The translations under genes were made by a program, and so were the position numbers. A stretch of 64,000 bases of DNA from NCBI GenBank assembly GCA_004764695.1, contig SMSO01000037.1, positions 3,634,747 to 3,698,746 of the forward strand, in the 5' to 3' direction. The notes under the pieces were generated by a model that saw only the letters and a program-made list of their open reading frames with translations, was not told the DNA's origin and did not search any database. This DNA is from Schizochytrium sp. TIO01 (taxonomy: Eukaryota; Protista; Bigyra: Labyrinthulomycetes). Below are positions 34,428 through 47,323 of this stretch, piece by piece; within the stretch, counting starts at the first letter, position 1; the number at the start of each line of letters is the position of its first letter.

Positions 34428-37400
34428 TTACTGTGAGCTGTCTATGCCGGCAACTTGAATACCCCGGGCAACTCCACGTTCTTCGTCTTGCTGGCTTGCA
34501 AACATATTAAAAATAGACTCTAGAGAAACCTGAGATACCGCATACTCCTCAATATGGAGTCTGTCCTTGTTCCGCTCAATAAAGTCAAAAGTATCAGCGA
34601 TGCTGCGCTCCGGAAGACTATAGCGAATCGACAACTCATGTCTTTCTGTCAAGAGAGCTCCAGGGAATCTCTTTACAATTGCATCATGTACCAATGAGCT
34701 TGCCTCCTCAATAAGCCACCACTCCAACAGCGCAGCGGAATTCACTTCGCCGTACTCATCGAGATGGTGAGATAAAACCCAGGCTTCATCAGAATGACCC
34801 AAAATCATAGCCACGCGTTCTTCATTACCTAAGGGATCCAACATTCCAGATGTGATGTCCTCTAGCGTAATTACATCTGGAAAATCATACTGTATCTGTA
34901 AGTCACCCCGGGCCTCCACGCTCGGTATCTTGAGAGTTGCCTCAAGCAAAAGACCCTTGCCAAAGCGAGCTTTCAAGTGTTGGGCAGAACCAAGGCAGCG
35001 AAAGCGCCCTCCAACCATAATGCCTAGACGTGTGGAAAGAGCTTCAACTTCTTCCATAGAATGGCTAGTAAGAATCAAAGTAGACTTATGTCCTAACAAA
35101 CCATCCCGTACATCATCTAACACATCCCAGATGAATCGCTTCGAAATTGCATCAACGCCCGTAGTCGGTTCATCAAGAAAAATCACGCGTGGAGCTCCAA
35201 TCAAGGCAATTGCAAGACTTAGTTTGCGCCTTGTGCCTCCTGATAGCCCTCCTGCCAGTTTATTTTCAAAGGGCTTTAATGTCAACGTCCGCAAGAGCCG
35301 CTGAATGTTCATTTCTAAAGCTTTACCACGAAAACCCTTGATAGAACCAAACAACTCTAGATGCTCACGTACAGTGAGTAAGTCTAAAAGTGCATCAAAC
35401 TGGGGACAGTAGCCAATAAGACGGCGTGCTTGGCGTGGATGTGTGGCAATTGGAAAACCGCCAATTGATGCAGATCCGGAGGTGCTAGTGAGCTCGCCCG
35501 TTAGCATCTTAAGAGTTGTCGTTTTGCCAGCACCATTGACACCTAGAAGACCAAAGGTTTCACCTGCAGGGATGCCCAACGTGATATCCCGCACTGCAAT
35601 TTTGCCAGACCCATAGACCTTATGAAGATCCTTGATAATGACGGCCTCCCCATTTGCTCCTCCGTCATGAACTCGACTAGCTTCGCGAATGACATCCTCA
35701 TCAGTTGACGAATAAATGGAATGACTTGGGACAACTTCGGATTCATATGGAGACTTCGCCTTTCTAAGACGCTGTATAATCGCCTGTAGCCGTACATTCG
35801 GAATTGTTGGCAGGCGCGCACGAAGAGCTGGGTATGCGGAGAGGAACTCGATCACAAGGACCCCAATGAAGAAGAACAGCGCTTCAATGTATAAGTAGCG
35901 CAGAGAGGCACCTGCAATATCGTCATCATATGGTGAGGGCAGTTGGTAAGTAGGCCCTACAAATCCTGACATGACCTTAATGATGCTCAATTGAATCAAC
36001 GCATCGCCAAGACAAAAACCTGGAAATATGCGATAGAAACCCTTGAGTTTAGCATTTGCATCCTGCACCGGCTGGTTGTCCAGATTATCCATTACAAAGG
36101 AAGCTATCATTAGTACTAGGCCTGTCAGAAGATTTATGAAGAGGGTCATAATCAGTGCCTTGGTGTGAGTAGAAAAGAAATTACTGGTCAAATAAGCAAA
36201 TGGGATCACTGCTAAACCATAACCGAGGAGTAGCAAGAAAACGACCACATACACACCATTTTCCATATAGGTGTCAATATCAAATGCTCGAATCAATGCC
36301 AAAGCACCAGCAAGTGGAACGAGGAAGTTGAGCATATCAAAAACATAAAGCGACAACCAATAAGGAAGGACGCCTGCCCCAGACACAATTTGCGAAAGCT
36401 TTACGTTCGCTGTATCCTCTCTTTCTTGTACAACATAAGAAGCTACAGATGCGGGTACAAAAGCAAATGCAATAAGTGCGAAAATTGCTGCTGTAAATGC
36501 CAAAATACCAGAAATCAGAGTTTGTAAGCTTGTCGTTACTGGCATCGGATGCGTATTCGTTCGAATATAGCTATTTGTCAGAGGCAAACCTAGCTCTTTT
36601 GCTTTCTGCCTCAAAAGTGCATTATGAATGGCATTCGCAAGAATAGGAGCTCCATGACTTGCTGTTGAGTTGATCAGTGCTGTGTAGCCAAATCGATATG
36701 GCTCCGGGGGGCACCAAGTAGATGTTCCATTGGAAAATGTGTCCAGTGTAGCATTATACAAAAGTGCGTCAAGGTCATCAGCCTCACAATTCCCTCCAGA
36801 TCGGCAGTCATCATTACAAAGCGTCGTGTTGCATTCGAAAATTGCCACATCTTCAAATGATGATTCTGAAGCTAATATTGGAATGTATGCGTACGTTATT
36901 TCTGAAAAGTCATCACGACAACCAACCGGAGCACATAGAGTACCGCCAACAAAAGAAATTTGTGAAAGCAGGCAAGTATCTGAAGAGTTAGTGCACTGCA
37001 CCACTGTGTTGTTCGCATTGTATATGTTTTGCACTGATTGAGTTAATAGTGCCTGCACTTCTGGATCATTAAGAAATTCTGTTGCATTAAAACCATCGGG
37101 GGTTGTAACATCGTCTGGTAGAATCGTTTCCAGGGCAGCTTCAATAGTTTCCTGTGTTGGGTTTGCCATGGCGACTAAGATCGCCGCAGTTGCCTCTGGA
37201 TTATCTTGCAACGCCTCTGTTAGGTTGAAATCTGCGAGGGTAAAATTGTCTGCGGTCAGCGAACCATCTAAGATGCTATTTATGGTCTCGTTGAGCTGTG
37301 CTCCAGAATTGTCCAATATTGCTACTGCCTCAAGTTGAACAAGGTCAATTGTTGAATCACATATTGTAGAGGTGTAATTGCATGTGTAACGAGTGCCGGA

Positions 37401-40400
37401 CGCAAGAGTGTCATTAAAACCAGGTACTGATTCTTCAACGACTGCAATAGCAGCTTCTCTATCCTCCACGCAGCTGTCATAAATACAAACCTGCGGGATA
37501 TTAGCCGCAGACATATCAAGAGCGACAAAAGAGCAGGGGAGACTTGTGTTGAGGCACTGAACATTGACAGGATCAGATGAATTCGTTGATCCGTCGAGGC
37601 TACTAAAGTCAACTGTACTTAAACCCGAGGCGATGGTTTCATTGGACAATGAAGACAAATACATCTGGAGGAGTTCAATAAAGGCCTCAGCAAGAACATC
37701 TCCAATACCAGAAGAATAGCAATACCCAGTGTCAGGAAGGTTTGAGGTAGTAGGAGCCGCCGTCGGACTGGAAGCGGAACCTGAACCGCCATTTCGGGTT
37801 GAGTCACAATAATCCACCTCTGAACCGCTTGCCTCGTAAATTTCGTAGGTTGAAGAGTCAATTTTGTACGCAGTCAAATCATCTGGGATACAGTAGTCAG
37901 TGGCAGATGCACGACAGACACTCGTGTCAAATATACTTGCTGGACCTGAATTACAGAGTTCTCCCTCACAGGTTAGAAGAAGAGAGTTCGCCAGAAACGT
38001 GTCCATATCGTCAGATCCAATTAAAGAAGAGATATCGATGCCATAGACAGAACCTGTCAGAATCGCAGAATCAATGGTATCCGAAGTCATCAGATTTGAA
38101 TAGCACCCTACAGGTAGGCAGATACGCTGATCCTCAAGCTCGAACTCCACATATGCACAGGGCGATCCAGATTCAGTACAAACTTCCGAAACATAGTCAG
38201 TAATGATACTTTCTGTGCCCAAATCAACACTAGCCACAAGACAGCTATAATCTACAACAGCACGCATAGGTTGCACAATGGCAGCAGTATAAAGTGATGC
38301 TCCCATGCGAGTCGTGCTTGGGTTGTTGATCATTTGATCCGCTAGATTCAAAAGACCAGTACCATGTAGTTCTGAAGGCATATCTTCACTACAATCCAGA
38401 GCTTCACTCGAACAGGTGTCAGATGCAGGGATGCCGTCTTCATAATCTCGCTCAAAAATTGTTTCTATAGCGTGTGTTGGATAGCGAGTAAGATTATTAA
38501 CCTCTAGGCCCCATGCTGGGAAATTGTCATCTTCAGATACGCGGGTGGTAGCAGTGCCATTTTCGTCAAACTCGATGATAGGCATTGCTGCAGCTTTAAG
38601 ACCTGCAGTGCTTTGTAAGTCGGTATTCCAATCCTTTGGCGACAGCTCATATAAGGGTGGGTCGCCACCAATTGGTGCATACTTTAGCACTAGAAGACCT
38701 ACGGCAAAAAGAACAATAGGCATAAGCATCGAGCAACAACATGCTTGGTAGTCGCGTCGAGCATAATGTATGCGTTTAAGAAAAAGTGCCTTAAAGTGCA
38801 TCAAAGCATTTGGACGAGGGGCCTCATCGAGCTGGGTAGAAGTTTCGCCTTGTTCGAGACGGGAAGCTTTATCGTGTTCATCGCCGTTATCATCCAAGGG
38901 GTCTGACTTGAATTCTGGGGCTTCTTTTTCTACCTGGATGTCTGTGGAAGACAGAATTCTTGCTTTGCTCTCGCTGAATTCACGACGCTGATCGTCAGCT
39001 CGAGCTACTTGCAAAAATACCTCCTCGAGAGTAGTCACCGAAACACCATACTGATCAATAGGAAGTGATTTAGAGATCTCCAGCTCTTTGAAAAGTGCAG
39101 GGAACTTGCTTACCGAGGCGGTAGGAAGCTGAAATGCGACTTCTGTGCCTACGTTGCTTGACATGACAGCACTGGGCACATATTTCTTGATGATGGAGGA
39201 AATTTGCTTCACGTTGATTGCATCTTGATGAGGGTTTTCTTCAACCTTTTTTATCATCGTGAGCAGATACCCAGCTCCATAACGGTGTTTGAGGAAAAGG
39301 CTGGAACCCTGACATTGTAGCTTACCCTCAGCCATAATAGCAATTTGGTCACCAAGCAAATCAGCTTCATCCATGAAGTGGGTCGTAAGGACAATGACTC
39401 GCCCCTCGCGTGCATTTTGGAGAACTTGCCAGATTGACCGCCGAGACCACGGGTCCACACCAGACGTAGGCTCATCCACAAAAATGACTTTGGAATTGCC
39501 AAGAAGTGCAATTGCTACAGAAAGTTTTCTCTTCATACCACCTGAAAGTGCAGAGGATTTCACATTGGCCTTTTCAGTCAGACCCACCTCTGTGATGCTA
39601 TCTGTAACAGCATCTTTGAGAGTTTGACCTGACATTCCTTTAATTCGGCCATAGAACCAAAGGTGCTCACGAACAGTAAGAGTGGGATACAAAACGTCAT
39701 GCTGAGGGCAAAATCCGAGGCTTTGACGGACACTGTCCATATTTGTGACAATCGATGCACCGTTGATGAAAGCATCACCGTCAGTGACAGGTGTCATGCC
39801 TGACAGAATTTGCAAAGTTGTTGTTTTGCCGGCACCATTGTGGCCAAGAAGCGCTAGAATTTCACCTTCATACATGTCCATGGAGAGATGATCTACTGCC
39901 TTCTTTGGGCCAGATGGAGTGGAAAAGGTTTTGCACAGTTCGCGGATCTGAATTCGAGGCGTATTCATTCCTGCAGAAGAACGTTTTTCAATACTATCCA
40001 TAATTTCAGGAGGGTATTTTGGAGGTCCAACATCGACTTTCTTGTCCCCTGACGGAACCTTCAAGCGGCTTCTGCAACAACACAGCTGAAGGGTGCTATG
40101 CCAATAACTCGGTTTGAGGAAGAATATTACAGAGCGACGCTGGCCGAATTCAGAAGGTAGAACATTGCTTAAGTAGGCACCAACAACAGTCCAGAAGAAG
40201 ATATCGAAAATGATATTACCCATTGCATGGCGGACGGTGAAGCCAGACACAAATTCCCCAAAAGTAACACTAGATAGGCCAACATTATTAGCTTCTAGTG
40301 TTGCGATACTTTGAAGAGCTAAGGAGAATGGCACTTGCGGGAACAATAAAGCAATAAAAGGTTTGGATTCGTCGTCTGTAGAATTGACTGCGTAGTAGAT

Positions 40401-41654
40401 GAAAAAACCCATAAAGTAGATCATCACTCCAATGTATGAAGCAGTCTTCGCATGCCAAAAGAATGTACTAAACGCATACGAGTACGCAGTTATGGAGATT
40501 CCAAAGAAAAAGCAAAGAAACCAAAGTAGGGTGGAGCCACTACCAGTGGATGCGGTACTTGGTAGCATTGATTTTGCACAAAGAGTGATGATTAATGAAA
40601 GAATGCCGAAGAACATCATGTACATTATGTACCAAGACGTCACAATATAAAATTCACTAACGCCCATAATCTTTAGCATTTCTGATACTCTTGTCTCACG
40701 CTCACGTACTAGACCTTCGAAAATAAGAGCAACAGGGTACAAAAACACCAGAGTGAAGACGAGGGGAAGGACTTCTCCTACGTAAAAGAAGAACTCATCA
40801 TAGGTATGCGAAAACACTGGGAAGGGGACAAAGGTTGCCTGAGAAGGCTGCCAGATGTCATCATAAGCAGATATGTTGCCAATAGTAGAGATTATCCAAG
40901 AGTCCACAACTCGCTGGAAAGACATGAAGCCACCCTGGATGTATGTTGGGTTGTCAGACGATGTGACCCACTGAAGGCTTTGCTGAGTATTATCTGTGGG
41001 AGAAGAAAGAGTGCTAGGTACTGAGAAAGTAGTGCCATCAGATGAGCTATTTAGACGCAATGTGTATGTGAAAAATGCGTTTTCAAAGTCCATTTCATCA
41101 AAGACGAGGGCCATGGCACATTCGGGGCTTTCGCTAGTAAATTCTGGGTTTCCATAATTGGCAGAACGGACGTAACTCTCAAAAGCAGAAACCGATCCAT
41201 CACCAGGAGTGAATGTAAGATTTGAGAAGTCGCTTTGGGTTCCTTCTACTGGTCCAACGTCTTCCACCCATTGAATAAATTGATTGAGGGCGTCAACTTC
41301 CCGCGTGTTGCCCGACGAGGTTGCCAGACAAAGTTTTGCAGTTTCATGACCTGTCCAACGTCCTCGAATATTGTTTGCAAGCAGATCAAAGGCAGAAACG
41401 TCGCTTACGTATGTGCCATACGATCTGGTACACGTGAGGTTAGCGCTATCTTCCGGCACCGGATACGGACATGAGCTGACAGATTCTCTGGTCCAGCCCG
41501 AATGAACGCGTGCAATACTGGTAATTGTCTTGAGCGAGGCTAGCAAAGCTATGAAGAGCAGAGGGATTAAGAATTCAAGTACCAGTGTTCGCGGCGCTCG
41601 AAGCTTCAGCTTTATATTTTTGATAAGCAACGTTCTCAGCACCCAAAAAAACAT
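34428..41654 (-). CDS. ABCA: Full-size ABCA-subfamily lipid transporter with an enlarged second extracellular domain
   Basis: NBD1 GHNGAGKTT / LSGGMKRKL / VDEPTSG and NBD2 GVNGAGKTT / LSGGTRRKL / LDEPTTG. ABCA N-terminal LLIKNIKLKLR and TLEEVF motifs. First ATG at 41654. Confidence 0.92.
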   Translation of the reverse strand: MFFWVLRTLLIKNIKLKLRAPRTLVLEFLIPLLFIALLASLKTITSIARVHSGWTRESVSSCPYPVPEDSANLTCTRSYGTYVSDVSAFDLLANNIRGRWTGHETAKLCLATSSGNTREVDALNQFIQWVEDVGPVEGTQSDFSNLTFTPGDGSVSAFESYVRSANYGNPEFTSESPECAMALVFDEMDFENAFFTYTLRLNSSSDGTTFSVPSTLSSPTDNTQQSLQWVTSSDNPTYIQGGFMSFQRVVDSWIISTIGNISAYDDIWQPSQATFVPFPVFSHTYDEFFFYVGEVLPLVFTLVFLYPVALIFEGLVRERETRVSEMLKIMGVSEFYIVTSWYIMYMMFFGILSLIITLCAKSMLPSTASTGSGSTLLWFLCFFFGISITAYSYAFSTFFWHAKTASYIGVMIYFMGFFIYYAVNSTDDESKPFIALLFPQVPFSLALQSIATLEANNVGLSSVTFGEFVSGFTVRHAMGNIIFDIFFWTVVGAYLSNVLPSEFGQRRSVIFFLKPSYWHSTLQLCCCRSRLKVPSGDKKVDVGPPKYPPEIMDSIEKRSSAGMNTPRIQIRELCKTFSTPSGPKKAVDHLSMDMYEGEILALLGHNGAGKTTTLQILSGMTPVTDGDAFINGASIVTNMDSVRQSLGFCPQHDVLYPTLTVREHLWFYGRIKGMSGQTLKDAVTDSITEVGLTEKANVKSSALSGGMKRKLSVAIALLGNSKVIFVDEPTSGVDPWSRRSIWQVLQNAREGRVIVLTTHFMDEADLLGDQIAIMAEGKLQCQGSSLFLKHRYGAGYLLTMIKKVEENPHQDAINVKQISSIIKKYVPSAVMSSNVGTEVAFQLPTASVSKFPALFKELEISKSLPIDQYGVSVTTLEEVFLQVARADDQRREFSESKARILSSTDIQVEKEAPEFKSDPLDDNGDEHDKASRLEQGETSTQLDEAPRPNALMHFKALFLKRIHYARRDYQACCCSMLMPIVLFAVGLLVLKYAPIGGDPPLYELSPKDWNTDLQSTAGLKAAAMPIIEFDENGTATTRVSEDDNFPAWGLEVNNLTRYPTHAIETIFERDYEDGIPASDTCSSEALDCSEDMPSELHGTGLLNLADQMINNPSTTRMGASLYTAAIVQPMRAVVDYSCLVASVDLGTESIITDYVSEVCTESGSPCAYVEFELEDQRICLPVGCYSNLMTSDTIDSAILTGSVYGIDISSLIGSDDMDTFLANSLLLTCEGELCNSGPASIFDTSVCRASATDYCIPDDLTAYKIDSSTYEIYEASGSEVDYCDSTRNGGSGSASSPTAAPTTSNLPDTGYCYSSGIGDVLAEAFIELLQMYLSSLSNETIASGLSTVDFSSLDGSTNSSDPVNVQCLNTSLPCSFVALDMSAANIPQVCIYDSCVEDREAAIAVVEESVPGFNDTLASGTRYTCNYTSTICDSTIDLVQLEAVAILDNSGAQLNETINSILDGSLTADNFTLADFNLTEALQDNPEATAAILVAMANPTQETIEAALETILPDDVTTPDGFNATEFLNDPEVQALLTQSVQNIYNANNTVVQCTNSSDTCLLSQISFVGGTLCAPVGCRDDFSEITYAYIPILASESSFEDVAIFECNTTLCNDDCRSGGNCEADDLDALLYNATLDTFSNGTSTWCPPEPYRFGYTALINSTASHGAPILANAIHNALLRQKAKELGLPLTNSYIRTNTHPMPVTTSLQTLISGILAFTAAIFALIAFAFVPASVASYVVQEREDTANVKLSQIVSGAGVLPYWLSLYVFDMLNFLVPLAGALALIRAFDIDTYMENGVYVVVFLLLLGYGLAVIPFAYLTSNFFSTHTKALIMTLFINLLTGLVLMIASFVMDNLDNQPVQDANAKLKGFYRIFPGFCLGDALIQLSIIKVMSGFVGPTYQLPSPYDDDIAGASLRYLYIEALFFFIGVLVIEFLSAYPALRARLPTIPNVRLQAIIQRLRKAKSPYESEVVPSHSIYSSTDEDVIREASRVHDGGANGEAVIIKDLHKVYGSGKIAVRDITLGIPAGETFGLLGVNGAGKTTTLKMLTGELTSTSGSASIGGFPIATHPRQARRLIGYCPQFDALLDLLTVREHLELFGSIKGFRGKALEMNIQRLLRTLTLKPFENKLAGGLSGGTRRKLSLAIALIGAPRVIFLDEPTTGVDAISKRFIWDVLDDVRDGLLGHKSTLILTSHSMEEVEALSTRLGIMVGGRFRCLGSAQHLKARFGKGLLLEATLKIPSVEARGDLQIQYDFPDVITLEDITSGMLDPLGNEERVAMILGHSDEAWVLSHHLDEYGEVNSAALLEWWLIEEASSLVHDAIVKRFPGALLTERHELSIRYSLPERSIADTFDFIERNKDRLHIEEYAVSQVSLESIFNMFASQQDEERGVARGIQVAGIDSSQ

Positions 41655-44600
41655 TTTGCTTTGTTTTACCGAGCTTTTGAACTCTCCCACGCCTTGGCCC
41701 GTGAGTTCGCAGTTGATTAAACTAAACTTTGGAAGTCAATCGAAACCTCAATACTTCAGATCAAACCATAAAAATTCTCCCGAAATCTTCAGATTCCTTA
41801 TTTTGATCTATTGAGAAACCTCTCAAAAAGGCTTCGTCTCAGCAAATCAAATGAGGTAGCAGTTCTGAATATGTATTCTGCAATATGGCGCAATTTATCA
41901 AAGCGGAATCAAATACGATGGGTTTAGATAAAGGAAAACCAAGTTTGGTGATGGTCAAAGCAGTCGTCAATTTATTACAACCCTTTACATCAAGTAATAT
42001 CGATTCTTTCACAAACTATATTCCTCGTGTCTTGGCACTTGGCTCGCTTAATCGCGATTTATGTGCCTTTCCACTGCAGCAGATCGGCGAGTTCGAGTTT
42101 ACTGAGAGCTCTTCCTCTGTTCTGTTTTCCGCTTCAAGTCACGACAGCACGTGCACAGAAGAACGAAGAACACAATGACGCGGCACCGACCACCAGAGTA
42201 CGACAAGAACAGCTGCTCGAGGCTGGAGGCTGCACAGGCCACTTAGTGGATCAGTAGACTGAGGAGGGAAAGGCCAGCCTGGGTTGCAGCAGCAGATAGG
42301 TTTACACTCGAACCCCAGATGGCAGGGATGTCTTGCAAAGGTTTTTGCTGTCTATAATTCCGCGGTGCTACCTCAAATGAAAGGAAAGGAGGAAAAAGGA
42401 AAATTATCAATATAAAGAAAACAAACCATTATACATTGCACTACACTCCACGTTAATTTTGTCGAGCAGCAACATGCTGATAGCAGAGAATATTTAAAGA
42501 GGTATGTTTATTCTCTTTGGTGGAAATGAAATCGCGCAAAGTCCTTTGTCAGACCTTGAGAAGAGAGGACTTGAAGTTCAAGCGGGCATTAGTTCTTCAT
42601 GCTCGATTTTGTTTTCAAAGTACATAGATAAATGTTAGCATACTACTAACGATACTCTTATTATTTTAAAAGATTGAAAATGGCAACTGGAAGTTCTGTC
42701 TTATTACAATTCAACTTACTTGGACTTGCATCATGAAAAATTTCGACCTAAGAAAACTGAAGAAGAAATAGCCCTTTGAAAGGAAATAAATGGACGAGTA
42801 AGTTGCTGTCGTTTTCGAGCTCTTGGACCTGCACTAGGCTCGAGTCAGAGCTCAAAACCCCCTCGAAGCCTTTAGAGTTGCTGCTGCGAGAAGTGCCATT
42901 TGCGGTGCATTGTTTTATGCATGCATGCATCATCCCGAACTACTCTGCTCCCTCCCTCGCGCCTGTTTCATTGCATCTTTCATTCCAAATTGAATTGGTT
43001 AACATTGGATAAACGTGAGAGAAATTACAAAAAATTGTTGGTTTGGCCCTCAACAAAACCCTCCGATGGCCATTAAGCCGTCTCTGTAATCCGCGAGCCA
43101 GCTCGTCGCAAGTTGCCCAGCGTGGGAGCAGACAGCACCGCCCACCTTCTCTTTTATTTACAATTCGTTTCTACAGATCATCACGATGCTAGCTACTCGT
43201 AAATAAATCATCATAAAAGTTAATAAATCAAAACTTTAAAATATCGCTCAATGAACTATAATGGACGAACAAATGAACGCGGAGTGGAAATAAGTCTCAA
43301 ATTCGTCTACACAGCAGCAGAAAGGAAAGCGATGAATGCTCTTCATCCAATACGAATCATGCATAAACGGGCAAGCGAATAGTTAGGACGAAGTGAACTT
43401 GTGGTGGATAAACGAATCAAGGCTGAGATCGTACAATGAAGCTGGATCATGAGGACTGCTGGGGAGGAGTCGGGCGAAGAGTTTGTTCAAAGCTTGGAAT
43501 TAGGTAGTTGAGGATGTGCTCCGCCATTGAATTGCAGAGAAGTCTAACTTAAGGGATTCTTAGGGAGCAATAGGCGTGTGCACGCACGCGCACTAAAATT
43601 ATGATCGCCATTGCGAACATGATCATTTGGCTCATCATCCTCGCCGTGACCCTGACGTTGAGGTGAGCAATTATAAGATTCTAACTCTAGCAATTACTTT
43701 GCTTACAGTGCCTCATAGTAGTCGTCGTTGGCAAACTCCGTCAGAAATGCGAGAGATTAACGAGGTGTTGCGCTCAAAGCAAAGCAGAACAGCATCTACT
43801 CAACACAGGGGTGGCTAAGAAATAAATAACTAGAACTTGAACCCGGGTGGTTCAACTTAGCCCCTCGACCTACCATGCAATCAATCACTATGAGCAATAC
43901 AGGCACCAACAGCAGGTGCCCACCTGCTATGACGCCCAGGAATAAGCTTTCAAGGTGTATATGGGCAGCCTGAGTAAAAGTGTGCCGGGAGTAGTTATTC
44001 TTTGTTCACAACTCATGCATAGTTAAGCCTCTTTTTCGTTTTTTTATAAAAGTTTTTCTTAATTTCGGAAAGGCAGCACAATAGGTTCTAGGCTTCCCAT
44101 CTGATAGATAGAATGTAATGTATGTATCAACTGGCCTCATGATTCTGACAAAAGCTTATGAACTTTCCGTTTGTAAAACTCCTTGAGACTGCTAGCGTTG
44201 GAGTGGCCCTCACCAATTTTGAGTAGTGGGTTGCTGACTCCCACTGGTCGTGGGACATCCATGCCTCTTATGGTGTGATTAAACTGAGGTTATAAATAAG
44301 TGGCTACTTTATTTCTCTCAAGGTTCATCTTTTCGGTGTCCCTCCGTGTCCGATGATGGTCGGAGAAACTGAATCGTGTATCATGATGGGGAGGCCGGTT
44401 AATTTTGAGCAAGGGCAAAGCATGAATTTTTATGGTCCGTATGAATATATGAGCCAAACACTGTCTAGGTTAAGAAATTTCAAGCACCCTCGCTAGTCAG
44501 AGGCAGTAGCAGTTTTCAACTAGCAAAATTTAGCGAGAGGCCGCCTTGCATGAAAACTCACACGTTGTCATATCAGGATCGGCATCCGTATCACGAGATC

Positions 44601-47323
44601 ACACCTAGAAGTAGCAAAACTTGATTTTTAGTGAACTCCATTGCTGACGTTCATGAGGACTTTATCATTGGATTTCGCAAAAACGAAATTTTAGTGCAGC
44701 ATGGCCGATGAATTCCAATGTGTCCAGGCCTCCGTCAGAGGGTCAAAACTCGCAATCGCTGCAAATTTGGCTTCAAGTTGTAGATAATACTCACGTTGTG
44801 ATATGATACAATAGGTGGAGTTACTGAAGAATAAGGAAGGAGAGCAGCCCACACGAATGAAACAATCAACTTGAACGACAGAAGGCTTCACCTAGGCTTC
44901 TGTGTCATACAGTGGCCGTTGCATGGCGATTCGTTAATCATTGTCGTCCAATGTGAAAATAAGAAGACTAAGTCAATCTAAACTTATTAAACTTACTAAC
45001 CTGGGATAGGCCTGGCTGAATATTTGGCTGTAGTACTTCGTTATTTAATCACTTGACCACCATTCCATACTCCAATAGTTACTAAGCTTAGCGTTGCGTA
45101 CATAGAGACCCCAAACTAGCTGCTTACGCCATCAAAATATACGAGCTCAAGGATGGGATACGCTATTATTGTTTATGTAGTTGTTTTTCTTTGAGTTTTT
45201 ATCCAGGCAAAGATTAATAAGATTAGCCTCTGACTGGTGGGGGTGTTGTTTTTCTTGTTTATGCTAACATATTACTAGATCAAAATTCCTTTTGAACTGT
45301 CTTGTCTTAGGCCGCTAACACACAAAGATTGCGAGCAGATCAAATACAAATATTCAGTCACTTGGCCATCACATTATGATTCTGTTTACCCGGCGTCTAA
45401 TATCAACAAAATCGTGGTCTTCGAGTACCTATGTGTCTTGCAATCTACAGCGTACTTTTAGGCTGTAGTGGTCTTTAGGCCTGTTGGTTCTGGGGATGAT
45501 TCCCATTCATGTTTATTGAAATTGAAAATGGCGATATCAACGACTGAGTCATTCAGTGTCCCTTTTGGAGCTGCTGAGAGACAACCCTCGAGAGTGGCCT
45601 ATCGGAGTCCATGAAGCTCCTCTTCGAAATCAGATATTCAAGAGCATAAAGAGGTCTTGGGCCAGTCCTTCTCGTGGTACACTGCGCTGAGTCCTGGGAT
45701 AGGTACGGCAGCCCTCATTGGCTTCCTGTTGAGTGCTTCAGCACTTCAAACAAGTTGCATTCCATGTTTTCAAAAGGCCCATAACGTATTTCAGGTACCC
45801 TCCCTATACCCAACCTTACCGTGCAAATGGTATTTTCATAATGAAGAGCACTCTGTTGTGGAATTATTTTGTGTGACCAGATGTAGAAAAGTCATCCCAT
45901 TTATCCTACCCAGAGGATCCCAGGATGTATCATATTCATAACCGAATGGAGAAAAGCGCTTTTCTTCCAGGCAGTCCCTTTGCTTGGACACCAATTCTCC
46001 ACTCACCGTCCACCTGTCATGGCAAAACCCATCCCCAAGGCAGTATCAGTCGCCCAGTCTTTGCAATCAGCCCCTTTCGTCTTGCATTCGTATCTGTAGC
46101 GCTTTCCTCATTTCTCGTGCTTTTCAACTAGCTCTCAAAAAATACCAGAATTTACCACGTCATCTGAGCCTTCTTCTATCAGACTTACAATCAAGGCCTG
46201 AGAAGCAAGAACCATAGAAACTAGTGCCTTACTTCGACTCCGGTTATAATATGGCTATCTAGGTTATGGCAGTGACTCGGAGCGCGTATAATTATGAGCG
46301 TACGACCCTTTTTACTCCACTACTTTAGAGGTGCTCACGGTAGAATCGTAGTAGACAGATAATATGGGATCATTTGGTATGAATGATAATCGTCTTCTTT
46401 TTATAGATAGACAGATGTACCTCTACATAGCATTCATATAGCGATCTATAGAAGCAATGCACACCACCTTCTCGGGAAATCGGCTAAACTAAATCTTACA
46501 CACTAATGCCACGGGTAAACTATTTTATTGTCATTTTGGCAGCAAATAGAGCAACTCTTTTACATTTTCCCGAGACCCGGCGAAGGGGAACGAAGAGGAT
46601 CTTTTAAAAAGTTTGTTTCTCAAGTTTTCAATGAAAAAATCTTTGCAAGATACAGTCGGTCATTAGGAACTCTTACCTGAGTCAGTAAGCACCAGCGAGT
46701 GTAAGTCAAAGTGGAGCATTTAAGCGTGTGCAAGTGGGGTATTTAGCAAATCTCTTTTATGGTTGAAAGGTCTACTTTATATTAAAGTAGAGTATACAAA
46801 GTAGAAGTGCAGGGTAAATAGAACAAAGTTGAAGGGGCGAAGAGGAAGAAGAGAGGAGAGAAAAGAGAAAGAAATATAATAATAAATTATTTATTGATTG
46901 AATAATTATTATCCAGGCGGGCAGGAGGCAGTCAATTGACAATCTCTTGATCCCCCGTTGCGCGCGCCCTCGCACGGACTGGCCACTGCTGCCGCTCCAC
47001 GCTCCTCCTCGCCCTCCACACCTTAACTGCCTCGCAGAAGTACTGCACGAGCTGCGTTGCAGTCCTTCTCGCCGCCATCGCGAGCGTGTGAGCTCGTGAA
47101 GGAGGACAACTAAACTCGATATAGTGAACAATACTTTACAACACAATATATAACTCGAAACCCTTTGAGCTAAAGGCGGGATCCTCTTAGTCGTTCGCCG
47201 AGAACAAATTGCTTTTCCTCTCGTCGGAAACGAGCATATCTCTCGCAGACTCTTCACGTGTGAGCTTTTGGTTTACTTTGCTAGTTGATTCCGCGGTTTT
47301 AAGCTTACCCAACCTCTAGCACC

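Noticed and set aside
41700-47300. Hidden gene or RNA gene in the long gap between ABCA and ARPC2
   Set aside because: Only short, motif-less ORFs are present, and I could not recognise any tRNA, rRNA or snRNA structure.
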